DNA of 63,785 bases, filler included, from Globobulimina sp. (Eukaryota): the NCBI GenBank assembly GCA_003354225.1. It is 45 parts of 45 records of this genome, joined end to end, with 100 filler letters (N's around TTAATTAATTAA, not from the genome) between each part and the next. Parts side by side here need not be neighbours in the genome. Positions count along the whole stretch, not along the records: positions 24,146 to 25,465 come from PIVH01018722.1; positions 25,566 to 26,885 come from PIVH01018723.1; positions 26,986 to 28,305 come from PIVH01018724.1; positions 28,406 to 29,725 come from PIVH01018725.1; positions 29,826 to 31,145 come from PIVH01018726.1; positions 31,246 to 32,565 come from PIVH01018727.1; positions 32,666 to 33,985 come from PIVH01018728.1; positions 34,086 to 35,405 come from PIVH01018729.1; 37 more parts are not named here. One strand, written 5' to 3'. A model generated the notes under the pieces. It was not told where the DNA came from. It did not search any database and saw only the letters and a program-made list of their open reading frames with translations. The stretch's first letter is position 1. Each line of letters starts with the position of its first letter. Both the position numbers and the translations under genes were made by a program. This document shows, one piece after another, positions 24,146 to 37,146 of this stretch.

Positions 24146-25374
24146 TTGGAACTATTGGAATTACCAAAATATGCATTCAAACTGCCCTCTATGTACAAAG
24201 AAGACGATAACACATTGGACATTAACCCGCAAACTGTCCAACAACAAATGCGTGTGATTCATAAAGTTACTTTTCATTTTCTATACATATCTATTTTTTG
24301 TTTGCAAATTGTAATATAAAACGCTAAAGTAAATGTAATATGTGTTTTGTTTTATATATTTAACCAGAACTTTTGGTGATAATTATGTACAATGATTATT
24401 AAATTATATATCTGGTACCAGATTATTATGATATTATGTGTTTTTTGTTGTTTTTTTGTTGTTAAAGTCTGTGTTGTTTGTTTAATTTATACAGAGAAAT
24501 GTGGAGAAACATAAGAGAATGAAAGCAGCCAAACTGAAGAATAAGAAATGTGAAACTGCGCCGATAAAAGGTCTGTTGTATATATATATATATATATATA
24601 TATTTAGCCGCAAAAAAAGAAACATTATAATATTACAAGGTATCTCTAAGGAGATGGATAAGGAGAAAGTAATGATAACGAAGTTAGTGACTCTCCCAAA
24701 GCCAGTGTTGGGGCTTAAAAACGGTGAAAATGGCAAAATGAAGAAAATTAATTTGAAGATAATGGGGAAATTAACACCGCCAAATGTCTCAAGTTCAACA
24801 AGTACCATCACGAAAACTATTCATTTTTCAAGCAAACATCAGTTTGAATCCAATACAAATGATAATAATACAAATAATAAAAAGGTTGCCGCTGATGTTA
24901 CAATGAAAGATAAAGACAAAAAAGATCGAGATCGGTCTCGCAAAGCGTATAAATCACGTGATAGAGACAGGCGATATCGAAGAAGGAAACATCACTCAAG
25001 TTTTGTTGCAACATTTCTAATTATATTTGTTATACATTTATATTTATGGATACATAGATCGGCGTAGTGGCAGAAGGCGGAAACCGTCACCGCGATCAAG
25101 GAGAGATGATGGAAGTAGTTCAGATTCGGAGTATCATGCAAGGCATAGACGGAGGAGGGAGAGAGATAGAAAAAGAGATAGGGATCGGAGGGAGAGAAGG
25201 GATCGATCCTCGTCCTATTCAGTATCACGGTCACCAGATAGGCATAGTAGTAAAAGTCGGAGTAGATCGAGGTCGGTGAGATCAGATAAATCGGATAATA
25301 AACGGAGTAGATCTCGATCAAAACAGATTGATAGGAAGAAAAAAGACGGTTCAGACACTTCAAAAAATGTTTGA
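24146..25374 (+). CDS. RS/RD-rich multi-exon protein, C-terminal part
   Basis: RS and RD dipeptide runs; short introns. Confidence 0.6.
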
Positions 25375-25705
25375 TTTTTCTGATTGATTTGCATGTTGAA
25401 GTTTTGAAGCGTTTTATTTAAAATTTGATATTGTTTCATGTTTCTGTTGGCTTAAATTTGCAAATNNNNNNNNNNNNNNNNNNNNNNNNNNNNNNNNNNN
25501 NNNNNNNNNTTAATTAATTAANNNNNNNNNNNNNNNNNNNNNNNNNNNNNNNNNNNNNNNNNNNNCATTCAACAGGAAATTGGCGAAAAATGTGACCATT
25601 TGACAGGGAGTGCCAATATCATAAAATTGTGTCATTATGTGATTATTGTGATAATAAGTTTGATGTTCTGAAACGTTTTTTACTTTTTGACCTAGTACTA
25701 TTAAA

Positions 25706-26683
25706 ATGTTTACCCTAGAAAATATTTTTGGAACATGCTTTAAGAAAAGAGCAACCATTAAATATGGCATTCTCATAATATTTATTATATGTTTGCTTGG
25801 AGAAATGGGAGAAATACTAAGTACAATCCAATATAGCAATGTATTACCATCTGTTGAATTAAGAATAATAAGAAACGATGCGTCAAAGTTGATTGAATAT
25901 GTTCCAATATTTGATAACAGAGCAAATCTGCTTAGATCATGTTTAATCTCATCATATTATGATTTTTTAAAGCCATCGTATCGCCAACCTCACCTAACAG
26001 ACAATATGTGTTATGTACATGTTTTTAAATGTGGTGGTACAACAATTATGAATTTGTTTAAATATTTATATTCAAATCATTACATTCAATATTTATATCA
26101 TCCAAAGGATTTCCCCGAATGGAGGTTTGATTTAAAATATCATCTTAAAGACAACAATAAATACAGAGACATTATTTTGTTTACTTATGTCAGAGATCCT
26201 ATTCATAAATTTATCAGCGGCTTTTATGAAATGAAAAGGAGAAACAATGAGATGATAGCTAGAGGCGGCAATAAAACAAACGATTTAATTCAAATGCGAT
26301 CGTTGTTAGTATCAATGATGCGGTTAAAACAGCAAAACATGTTTCCATGGAAATTCTACCATAACCGTGTCGACCACCATCTATGGCCTCAATTGCTATT
26401 TTTAATTGATAAATATGGCAACACATTGGATTTTAATTATATTGGATTGTTAAATAATATCAATGTTACATTACCGTTAATATTGGAAAAATATGAAAAT
26501 GTATCTTCAAACGTTGTCATAAATTTCTTAAATAATAATCTGCATAAAAATTCTCGCTCAAGAAAATACGATCTAATGTATGCTAATGATTATATCACAG
26601 TAACTGATTTGACTCAAAATGACAAACACATGATCCGTGAGTTATATTGGCTTGATTTTCAGTGCTTGTTTCCTGATCTGTAA
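25706..26683 (+). CDS. Golgi-type carbohydrate sulfotransferase (Sulfotransfer_2-like)
   Basis: N-terminal TM; HVFKCGGTT (5'-PSB), VRDPIHKFISGF (3'-PB), DHHLWPQ, Y.LDF. Confidence 0.85.
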   Translation: MFTLENIFGTCFKKRATIKYGILIIFIICLLGEMGEILSTIQYSNVLPSVELRIIRNDASKLIEYVPIFDNRANLLRSCLISSYYDFLKPSYRQPHLTDNMCYVHVFKCGGTTIMNLFKYLYSNHYIQYLYHPKDFPEWRFDLKYHLKDNNKYRDIILFTYVRDPIHKFISGFYEMKRRNNEMIARGGNKTNDLIQMRSLLVSMMRLKQQNMFPWKFYHNRVDHHLWPQLLFLIDKYGNTLDFNYIGLLNNINVTLPLILEKYENVSSNVVINFLNNNLHKNSRSRKYDLMYANDYITVTDLTQNDKHMIRELYWLDFQCLFPDL

Positions 26684-26985
26684 CAGACATGTTCTATAAC
26701 ATAGCCATTCATTTAATACGACAAAATCACGAAAAGTATATCTGATATGCAAGTTGTACGAAAAGTACTTTTTGTGACTATCCAATTTCTGAAAATCCAG
26801 GAACTTTCGTACAGAGAACAAAAACGTACAACATTGTCATCATATGGAAAGCTCTTAACTTTTTTCATTGCAAATAAATTGAGGCNNNNNNNNNNNNNNN
26901 NNNNNNNNNNNNNNNNNNNNNNNNNNNNNTTAATTAATTAANNNNNNNNNNNNNNNNNNNNNNNNNNNNNNNNNNNNNNNNNNNN

Positions 26986-28109
26986 GCCGACTTCAACACT
27001 GCAAATAATTGGTTGCCATTCCCCACATAAATGGCGCCCGACGCTGATCCCACCAAATAATTGCCATTCGACAAAAACTGGCCGCACGCAAAGGATTTCT
27101 CGCCGTCCTTTTTCAGCGAAACGATGGAGATGTTCTTGATTTTGATCTGTAAACCTTGTAAGCCCTTTGCCTCTAACTTTTGGTTGCGGCCCTTGCTGAT
27201 ATAGCAGTATTTGAATTTGTTTTTGCCGAACACCAAGAACTCGTCAATGAACTCCGCCGACGGCTTGGGGTTGATTTCAAAGCCAAATATCTTCTCTCGC
27301 ATTGTCGTCATATCAATCAGTGCTTCGGTCGCGTTTTTGCCGCCAAAATATTTGGGATCCCACGCTTTCAAAGTTTGCCCGTCGTCGCCGCAGATACAAT
27401 ACAACAGATTGGAAGGCTGCGACCATTGTAATCTGCCAATTTTGCCCCAGCAAATGTCGTCGAGCAACTGCACGGTTTTCAAGGTCTTGTAGTCCCAAAC
27501 ATATATTTTTGGCAAATCTTTGCCTTTTCCAGGCTCGTCCTTCGGGTCTTTTTGCCCCGACGCGCAGTACGAATATCTCCGCGGTGATAGACAGAGTGTG
27601 GTCACGTCGTCGTTGTGTTTGGTGAAAAATCTCTGTGTATTCGACTTATAATCAAATACCACCACAACTGCGGCGATGTAATATAGCAATAATTTGCCGT
27701 CGTGGGACAAATAAATATTTTGCCGCGATTCGTCAAAATTTCCACTGTAGCCGTGAGCGTAAAATAACTTTAATTTGCCTTGGACCGCTCGGGCAGCCAT
27801 CTTTTTGTCGGGATATCCGGCGCTGGGTTTGAGAACATGCAATTTACGCGAACCGAAATTGTATTTTACCTTTCGTCCGGCGCGAGAATCGTCTTTTTCT
27901 TCTTTGATTCGTTTGGGAGCGGAGGCTTTTTGTCTCTTTCTTAATGCTGCTTTTTTTTCATCTAAAATAGCATAGAGTTTCTTCTTTGAAGTTGAATCTA
28001 ATTTTTTGAAAACATAATCCCAATCGGATGCTATCAATTTCTGCGCAATTTTAGTATACGCTACATCTGGATCTGCGCCACCCTTTTTTTTACTGCCTTT
28101 TTGACTCAT
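26986..28109 (-). CDS. EMAP-like (EML) HELP/WD40 microtubule-associated protein, N-terminal part
   Basis: LKLFYAHGYSG...RQNI...YYIAAVVVV...QRFF.KHNDDV..L...ASGQ. Confidence 0.85.
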
Positions 28110-28405
28110 TTGCAATTGCAAAATTATTACACCAACGTTTTGTCACTTTTGTGTGTTTTTAGGAGTTTGCCATTAACCAAAGAGCGTGGACACTTTAGCA
28201 AGGTTTTTGTTTTTATAAAAAGTGTTTCCATTAAAATTAAAAGTATAATAATTAAAGTTAATCTTATATAAAAGTATAATAATAGGTACAATACAAGAAG
28301 AAACANNNNNNNNNNNNNNNNNNNNNNNNNNNNNNNNNNNNNNNNNNNNTTAATTAATTAANNNNNNNNNNNNNNNNNNNNNNNNNNNNNNNNNNNNNNN
28401 NNNNN

Positions 28406-29672
28406 AACCAACATTTAAACTTTTCCTCACATAAATTATTAATATGTCCGCTAATCTCCGTTTGTAACATATCACATTTCTGTTTATAATGTTCAATCTC
28501 TTGTAAATATTTACATAATTCTCTCTTTAAATGCATTATTTCTTGTCTTTGCTGTTGACATTTTAGCTGCAGTGGTTCTGACTGCTTTAAATTTACATCA
28601 TTTGCAATAACATTTTTACATTCATCCCTATATTCAACATCATTATTAATTTCATTTTTTAATTTTTTGTGCATTTGTTTAAATTGCTTTGCATTATTAT
28701 CAATTTGTAACAGTTCGCTTTTCGATAACGTCACAACATCATTTGGGGTTTGCCAGACATGTATTTTGTGACAACCTTTATTCTTACATTTCATATTTGG
28801 CATTAAAAATAATTTGCAATAATTACTTATTTGATAGCGTGCTCTTAATAATGTACTCGAATGATCATTGCAATAAGAAATCGCGTTTAATGTTGAATAT
28901 TCATTTTCAAATTCTATTTCTACACATTTTCTCTTTTTAAGCACATGAATTTTTCTGATATTACCAAATTTTTCAAAACAATTTTTTGGAATTGGCACAT
29001 TGTCCAAACCAAATATAAGACATTGATGTTTATCCCACAATGTAAGTTTTGTTAGATATTCGACTGTCAAATTGGAGCCATGCGGAGTTTGAGCAATTAC
29101 AGTTTGTAATTCTCTCTTTTTTCGTGCTTTATTCTTTTCCTTTCTTTCCTTTTTTTTCTGTTTTTTACTTTTGCGTTTATTGGGTGCAGGTATTGGCAGT
29201 TTAGCATCATTCAATCTGTTTGTTTTTATCTGCCATTTCAACTCAGATATTGGTAATATAGAAGTAGGCGGTTTGCCTAATTCTGTAATAATTTGAACAA
29301 TCCATTCAAAACAGTCACTATAACTGTAATCATAACGTCTCTGTCAATTATTTTAAGTTAAACTGGTCGCAGAATATATATACATATAAATATCTTAACT
29401 TCATACTCAATAAAAGCGCGCTGAATATCATCTAATTTAAAACCCATTGACAAGAGATGTTGTCGAATATTGGATTTTGTTCTGATTCTACCCATTGGCA
29501 ATTGTTCATTAATTACAGGTGGATTACCATACGGTATTTCTTTACAAGCAACGATTTCTTCTTCCCTTTGACTGTCATCGCTATCAATATTTTCATCGTT
29601 ATCCAGGAGAATCCAGGCGGTAGCATCCGGAACACCTTCCTCTGCCGTTTTACGTGGATCCAAGTCTTCCAT
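28406..29672 (-). CDS. UBA-like + RRM + CCCH + coiled-coil protein
   Basis: LLSMGF (UBA-like); FEKFGNIRKI...IEFE (RRM); YCKLFL....CKNKGCHKIH. Confidence 0.6.
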
Positions 29673-29825
29673 ATTACTGAGTAAAACTACTTTAAAATAA
29701 AACTTTAATTGAGGTCACTTAACTANNNNNNNNNNNNNNNNNNNNNNNNNNNNNNNNNNNNNNNNNNNNTTAATTAATTAANNNNNNNNNNNNNNNNNNN
29801 NNNNNNNNNNNNNNNNNNNNNNNNN

Positions 29826-30102
29826 GGGGAGCAACAGAAGGCGATGAAGGATATGATCGGATTGCTTTTGATGCTGCGAATTTTGGAGGAAACCCTGATT
29901 CATATTGGGATGTTAAATATTATGTTGGCAAAAGAAAGAAAAGATCCAAACATAGAGATCAATCAACGATGATCAATGGATTTAAATATAACAATTCATC
30001 ACAATTTCCACCAGCAAAGAAAAAGAAAAAGAAGCAATCCAACAACAATGGTTATAATAAAATCGATCATGAAGATGGAACTTGTGAATGTATAATATTA
30101 TG
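29826..30102 (+). CDS. C-terminus with polybasic tract and CaaX box
   Basis: AKKKKKKQ...GTCECIIL*. Confidence 0.6.
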
Positions 30103-30277
30103 AATATTTATTAATATCAAAGTTTAATGACATACAAAAATTGTATTTTTTTTTAAATTAATTATTAATTAATATCGATAAATAATGTGTTATGTGATAA
30201 CAATCTCATTACAATGTCACAGAAGTGATGTATACAAATTCACCTTATTGTCGCAGTAAAGAATAATCTCTACACAA

Positions 30278-30340
30278 TGTCGTGAATAAATTACTTTTCA
30301 AAGTCGAACACCTTGCTGCGATAACATGAGTCATTTTATA
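30278..30340 (+). repeat. Direct repeat (partner 31027-31099)
   Basis: TGTCGTGAATAAATTACTTTTCA...AAGTCGAACACCTTGCTGCGATAACATGAGT, with a 10-nt indel. Confidence 0.9.
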
Positions 30341-30413
30341 CTACAGAATCAAGCAACGGAATAATTGGATGGTTCATCGTCAGTTAGTTCAAAGTAATCA
30401 TCAGTAACATTTG

Positions 30414-31026
30414 TCATTTGTGTATTAAAATGTTGATATCCATTAAAAAAGTCATATAAATACAAAAAATACAGCTCATTGAATCGCATAAATATAAATA
30501 AATGGATCTTGATGACCATAACCAAATATTATAACCACGGACATATGATTTACTGTTAAACGCCAAAACTGTCTCGAAAATAAAATTCAAAAGAGTGGCA
30601 ATTACGGGCAACAATGATAACACTGTCAACCTAACAGTTGCATTGAAACATACTGTGTTATACTCACTGACTCTTTCCGTGTTCATCGCATTGCCGCTTC
30701 TTGAGACTTTATATAATTTCGAAACAAACAAATAAAACAAAGCAATTGATACGACTCCATCAACCAAATCATTTACAATGACGTGAACATCCCAATAAAT
30801 TATGTATGCATTATTTGATATGTTATGGCAATAATAAACAGCAGATATTACCATAAATTGAATATGCAATGCGGCAAATACGCAAATTGAAAGATATAAT
30901 GTGCGGATAACATATTTATTTGATTGGTATGCTGTGTTTTCAAACAAATGATGTAACCGTTCGCCAAATATAATATAAGTGAGACATTTAGCCAGTCCCC
31001 AAAAGAATAATTGAGTGAAGCTGCAC
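30414..31026 (-). CDS. 7TM/GPCR-like membrane protein fragment
   Basis: Five hydrophobic helices; LFYLFVSKL, DSMSCIFCIYMTF. Confidence 0.6.
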
Positions 31027-31245
31027 TGTCGTGAATAAATTACTTTTCACAAATTATCAAAGTCGAACACCTTGCTGCGATAACATGAGTTATTTTATAT
31101 TGCACCTTATTGCCAAATATTTCCTTTTTCGTCAACAAATAGGGANNNNNNNNNNNNNNNNNNNNNNNNNNNNNNNNNNNNNNNNNNNNTTAATTAATTA
31201 ANNNNNNNNNNNNNNNNNNNNNNNNNNNNNNNNNNNNNNNNNNNN

Positions 31246-32565
31246 ACCACCACAAAGTCCAAGTCCGCAAATATTCGTTGCATAACACGCTGAAACACCG
31301 CCGGCGCGTTTTTCAGACCCATTGGCATCACGGTCCATTGGTATAACACACCGTCAAACTCAAAAGCGGTGAGTGGTTTAGTCGCATCGTCCAACGGTAT
31401 GTGCCAATATCCGGCCTTCATATCCAGCGACGAAACATAGCGTTTTTGCCGGAAACGCTGTAATAATTTACGTATATTAGGGATTGGAAACTTATCCGCC
31501 TTCGTGAGGTGGTTTAAAGCGCGGAAATCGAACACAAGCCGGACGTCGCCGGTCTTCTTAGGTCGTGGAAACAAACTCGACCGCCACTCACTGTGACTTT
31601 CCTCGATGCGCCTATCATGCAGCAAATTGGCAATCTGCTGTTTAACATCGGGATAATATTTATGATGGATATGATACACTGGCATTGCGACTGGAGCTGT
31701 GTCAATATCATCGCGTAAATCAATATGGAATTCCTCGCCAGGTATCTTTCCTATATCTGCGCCACTGCCACCTTGTGATATATTACCTGCGTAGCTGTCA
31801 ATCAATGATATGATGGATTCGCGGGCTGCAGTATCAACAATATTTATTTTAGATCGATCAATGATGCCATCACTGTCCAATGGATACAGTTCGCAGCTCA
31901 TATCGTCCAAATCGTCGCCGTAGCAGTCCGGCGTGAATTTGTGAATGAAACTATCGGTCATTCGGACCAATTTATAGCCCAACACGCGTAGTAACGACCT
32001 CCCCACCAAATAATTAATGGTATCTGGCAAGTTATTGAGGACATAGAATTTGGAGGCAATCAATCTGCCATTTGAGCGGATTTTAACTGGCAAATATTCG
32101 TAGACAGTGGTATAACCACTACCGGTACGTACTTTTGTGTGCCTCTTGTCTTGCAATATAAATTTTTTATGTTTTAGGGCTGTCGCGTGATTTATGCATT
32201 GGATATTAGAGCCCTCGTCGGCTATGGCACTCACTGTGGCTTTGTATGGCTGTACGACGTCAAAGTTGATGGTATTGACTGGCACATCAATATTGGCGGT
32301 GTTTATGGTTTCTGTGGCGTACAGGGCACGAAAGCCACGCTCGTATTCATGGTTTGTGCCATTTAAATGGAAATGTGGATGGTCGCGGAGTACATTGGTG
32401 ACTGTAGGTATGTCACCATCGGACTTATTCTCATCGCAAGTGTGCTGGTTATGGGCAGTTGGACATGGTGTATTATTTGGGATCATAGGCGACCGGCTAT
32501 GGTCCATAGCACATTGCGGAGATTGGATACACTCATATTGGTCGAGTTGAGTGTCTCTGTTTTGT
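31246..32565 (-). mobile_element. Ty3/Gypsy LTR retrotransposon pol fragment (protease + RT)
   Basis: AIADEGSN, YLVGRSLL; PKKTGDVRLVFDFRALN, LDMKAGYWHI, TAF, VMPMGLKNAPAVFQR. Confidence 0.95.
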
Positions 32566-32981
32566 NNNNNNNNNNNNNNNNNNNNNNNNNNNNNNNNNNN
32601 NNNNNNNNNTTAATTAATTAANNNNNNNNNNNNNNNNNNNNNNNNNNNNNNNNNNNNNNNNNNNNAAACATTTTAACTCAAAAAAAAAAAAAAAATTGGA
32701 AAACAGTACAAACAAAAAAAAATTAATTATTCAACTAATTATCATTAGTCAAAGGACGACAAAACTCATATAAAATATATAGACTAATGATTGAAAAAAT
32801 ATATATGCTGCAAAAAGGAAAAAAAAAGAAAAAAGCATATAATAAAACTGAGGAGTAATACTATAACAATATATAAGAAACATAGGTAACATACATAGGT
32901 TAACCATTTCCACGCAACCATGCTATAAACGCGAGGTTTGAAGCGTGATGGCGTGGAAGTGGCTAAGTTATACATATGGTA

Positions 32982-33805
32982 TCAATTAACATTGAGATTA
33001 ATCGACGAGAAACATGTATTTTTGGGTGGTATAGGAACAGTTGTTAACTGCGGAGGGATTAATAAATTGTAAGCAGAGTACATCGGCGCATGCGGCATCT
33101 GCGTAGGTAATGAGGTTGGTATCGTTAAGTTAAATATCATCTGTCTCTTATTCACAACAGGTACAATTTTTTGTGTACTCTGTAATCTGTTGCGATTTAT
33201 ATTATTTGCTGCTAAGATCGCAGCCAAATCTTCATCAACGGTGGTTTGCTTTTTCTCAGATGGCTGAATATAGAGTTATAACAACAAAAACATGCTATTT
33301 TTATACGAATTTAGGTACAAAGGCTTAGAAAGCAACGTTTCTGGAAATAAAAAGATATGATGTTCGGATATGACATACCTTGTTTTGTATCGACGATGCC
33401 ATTTTATTGAAGGGAATCTGTGCATTTTTGTTTTCATTCTCCTCAATAGATACAAATTTAGTTAATGAGCCATCTGTAAATGTATAATGAGACCAAACTT
33501 CTGCGTCTGTGGAGGACGGCGATTGTGATGACAATGAGAATGACGACGTAGATGACTTACTGGCACAGTCATCGATATTTGCGTCATTGTTATCGTTGTG
33601 TTGACTGAGTGGTGTTTTCCACAACGTCATTTTATGAAATTGTATGGGTGTTTTCTGCGTATCTCTGCAAATACTGATAATTACAGGAACAGCACAATCA
33701 TCATCCTCATCTTCTGAATACTCAGTGCTATAATGACTGGAATCAGACAATTCATCCCTTTCTGTGTGCGGTTCATGCCAATTACAGAAAATATCATCAT
33801 TCATA
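32982..33805 (-). CDS. Hypothetical low-complexity multi-exon protein
   Basis: Two consecutive ORFs separated by an intron-like AT tract. Confidence 0.4.
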
Positions 33806-34353
33806 TTCCCAACGCCTAAATATTTCATTTTATCCGACAATAAAAACATATTATAATTATAAACAATACAATGTAATGTGTGTCAGAAAAGGCGTCATAT
33901 ACAATTTGTAACGAGACACCAAAGAGGATATGCAACTTATTTCCGAATCACATTTATCTGCAACAACAAATTGATTTGGAACGGANNNNNNNNNNNNNNN
34001 NNNNNNNNNNNNNNNNNNNNNNNNNNNNNTTAATTAATTAANNNNNNNNNNNNNNNNNNNNNNNNNNNNNNNNNNNNNNNNNNNNGTTTGTTGATTAATT
34101 ATAATATTTGTCGGTCATATCCTTGCACGTCTCGATTCGTACGGATAATTTTATATCCATGCTTAGCTCCGCTGAACGTAGTTTCTTGTTGAAGGCAATT
34201 GCTTAATTCTTTGGAAATTCTGCTTTTTCCATATTAGTGGAAAAACAGAATAAGTGTAAAAAGTTAAAAACGATATTTGAATTATTAAATATATCCTCGC
34301 AATAAGCACACTAACACACAACAAGCACTTTATAGAAACACTTAAAACCACGT

Positions 34354-34851
34354 TCAATGACTGCTTTTTGTACAGTCTCTCGCTCTATGACCAATTTCGC
34401 CGCATCGATAACAATTCCCTTTGAATTGATAACTGTTGTTTTGGTTATATCGATTTGAAGATTTATTGGTGTTTTGATAATATCTTTGTCTGCTTCTTGA
34501 ACGATCGCGAGAATGAGAACGAGAACGAGGCGGTGATATACTTCTTGTTCTTTGCGGTAAAGGATCCCTCCAATTATTTGTTGAACGATTGCTTCTTTGT
34601 GGTTTATATTTATATGAATGATTACATGGTGATCTACTACGATATCTATGCATATGTGGTATATATTTATCATTGCACTCGTCATCATATCTTGGCCGCT
34701 CATTGTAATTCCGATAATTTCTGGCATTTCCGTGAAATGAACTTATTTCATTTTGTAGATCTTTGATTTGATTGTTTAAGCGATGGATTTGATCTTCTTT
34801 ATTTTGACATTCTCTACACTTTATTTGTCGTATATTCAATACTGACAACAT
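34354..34851 (-). CDS. RS-rich protein with a CCHC zinc knuckle
   Basis: RSRS tracts; CYRCGEIGHRARDC. Confidence 0.8.
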   Translation of the reverse strand: MLSVLNIRQIKCRECQNKEDQIHRLNNQIKDLQNEISSFHGNARNYRNYNERPRYDDECNDKYIPHMHRYRSRSPCNHSYKYKPQRSNRSTNNWRDPLPQRTRSISPPRSRSHSRDRSRSRQRYYQNTNKSSNRYNQNNSYQFKGNCYRCGEIGHRARDCTKSSH

Positions 34852-35057
34852 TGTATTTACAAATGAAACTAAACTCGAAGTGGGTAGTCTGAATTGTGTG
34901 TAGTTGGATATGTCAGATCAGGAACGTATGAATTTACATATTTATTGATATGTGATGGGTTGGATGGATTAATGCAATATCCTGGATTTGACATGCTGAA
35001 ATATATACCACTTACGTTAGATGAATTAAACTTTTGTAAATAAAACTTCTCATCCGA

Positions 35058-35405
35058 GTGAACTACAGAATGAGTATGACATATTTATGGTGGCTGTTTT
35101 GGTTAATGATACCAATCTCAATATATTCAATAAAAGTTTATAAATGGTGTTTATTATTGTGTTTCTCAAAGTATTCATCATTGATTGCCAAAAAGAAAAC
35201 AAAAGTTGCTGTTAAATTATTAGCCGCTGTATATTATTTTTGCATATTTACAATTGCAATAGCTAATTTCTCAGAAATTTTAGCAATGTACCAAGACACT
35301 CTCAATGGAACAGCGCGTAAACTCTCCGATTTTGAAGATTCTGTACTACGATGTGCAATTGTTATGGTTGTATCTTTTTATATGACTGAAATATTCTATC
35401 GTTAC
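35058..35405 (+). CDS. Multi-pass membrane protein fragment (TLC-like)
   Basis: Hydrophobic helices; FYMTEIFYR. Confidence 0.4.
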
Positions 35406-35505
35406 NNNNNNNNNNNNNNNNNNNNNNNNNNNNNNNNNNNNNNNNNNNNTTAATTAATTAANNNNNNNNNNNNNNNNNNNNNNNNNNNNNNNNNNNNNNN
35501 NNNNN

Positions 35506-36694
35506 ATTTTCAATTTCTTCAAAGCGCACATCATAGATCCACTCTGCAACATTGTCATCCATAGCTCCTGTGTGAATCCTGATTTTTCCCTCCTGTAACA
35601 ACTTTTGAAATGCCGCGTTATTTGCGACGGCAAAACTCGTTTTCGACGTTTTGGAGAGTTTCTGTATAAAACAACAAAACATATTTATAAAAGGCGCAAA
35701 GTCCGCAATAGAAACATAACTGTCTTTTCTTTTTCAGCTTTTTCGGCTTCGACGGTCACCTCCACGAAGGAACAAAATCCATTCAAAATGCGTTGCAATG
35801 CAGCCACAGACTTCTTTTCTTCCAAATCCTTGATTAATTCTTGTAATTCGGCTAAATCAAACTCGAAATATGTATCAGCAACATCGCAATCCTCCTCATC
35901 ATCGGCATCGTCATCGGATTTTTCATTCGCTTGCTCTTCCATAAATGCATTGATATCATCATCGATATTTGATATGTCATCAATTTGCACGTCTTGCGCA
36001 ATTTTATTAATGTTATGTTTTTGAATGGATGTGACAGCATCGTCGATATCGCCTAACTCGCCCAAATCAAATTGGTTATTGTCGCCAAAAGATAGTAAAT
36101 TGCCATCCATTTCTTGTAAATGTTTATAAAATTCTGGATCAGCATGTTTTAGACTGTCTAGTGCCGATTGATGCTCTTTGATATTTTTTTTAATTTCCTC
36201 GTTTTCCTTTCTAAGGTCGGAAGGTGTGGGCGGTTCTGTTTCCATTTGAAGCTGTTTTTGTTTTGTTTTATTATTTGCAATTGCTGATGACACCAAATGT
36301 GTGCATCGGATATGAACTTAACAGAGTTGTCGTCGTTGTCGTCGTTATCGCTTTGTGGGTCAGAATCAGAATCGGATTGAGATCCGGCAATGTCAGCTAA
36401 CAATCTTTGGTATTCTAGCTCTGATTGTGGATCATCGATGTTTTTACCAAATCCAAATGGTGCTCCCCTTTGTGGCTTGTTGAATTTACGTTTTTTGTTT
36501 GGTGGTGCTGTAATATTGGTGCTCTCATTATTTTTGTTTCTTGACTCAAGCTGATGTCTGAAATTTTTATGACTCGATTTGTAAAAATGTTTGAATGATA
36601 ATGGCTGTTTACCAACATTTCTACGACGATTATTGACTTTGGTTGCTTTCCTTTTTAATTTACGCGTTGCTTTCAGGTCTTTTTGGGTTGGCAT
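35506..36694 (-). CDS. NOC2: Nucleolar complex protein 2-like, N-terminal exons
   Basis: EHQSALDSLKHADPEFYKHLQEMDGNLLSF; basic N-terminus, acidic tracts. Confidence 0.7.
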
Positions 36695-37146
36695 GTTCAA
36701 AGTACTCAGGTTAAAGTTGAAAATTTGATTACTATTTTCTAATAAAATTATTTGGCTATGTTGCAGCTACACAGCTATTTTGCAACGCGGTTTCGCAACA
36801 TTTGAAATCTCAAACGTACTATTTNNNNNNNNNNNNNNNNNNNNNNNNNNNNNNNNNNNNNNNNNNNNTTAATTAATTAANNNNNNNNNNNNNNNNNNNN
36901 NNNNNNNNNNNNNNNNNNNNNNNNTATTCATTTATTACCGAGGCGATAGATTGATATTTATTTCACTATATTTTATTTACAATATCATCATTTTGTATAT
37001 TTTTTGTTACATTATTCAATATTTTCACAATTTTTTTTGTCACTGGATGATTTATTCATTTAGCCATATTATCTCTTCCACAAAAACTAAAAATCAAATC
37101 CTCCAACCTTCGCTACAGGTACTGCTAATATATATGTATATATATA

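Noticed and set aside
29311..29328. Exact 18-mer ACAGTCACTATAACTGTA shared with 52381-52398, resembling a Tc1 end (ACTG|TA)
   Set aside because: At 29311 it lies in a coherent coding exon (YSYSDC, minus strand) and the flanks do not align; probably coincidence.
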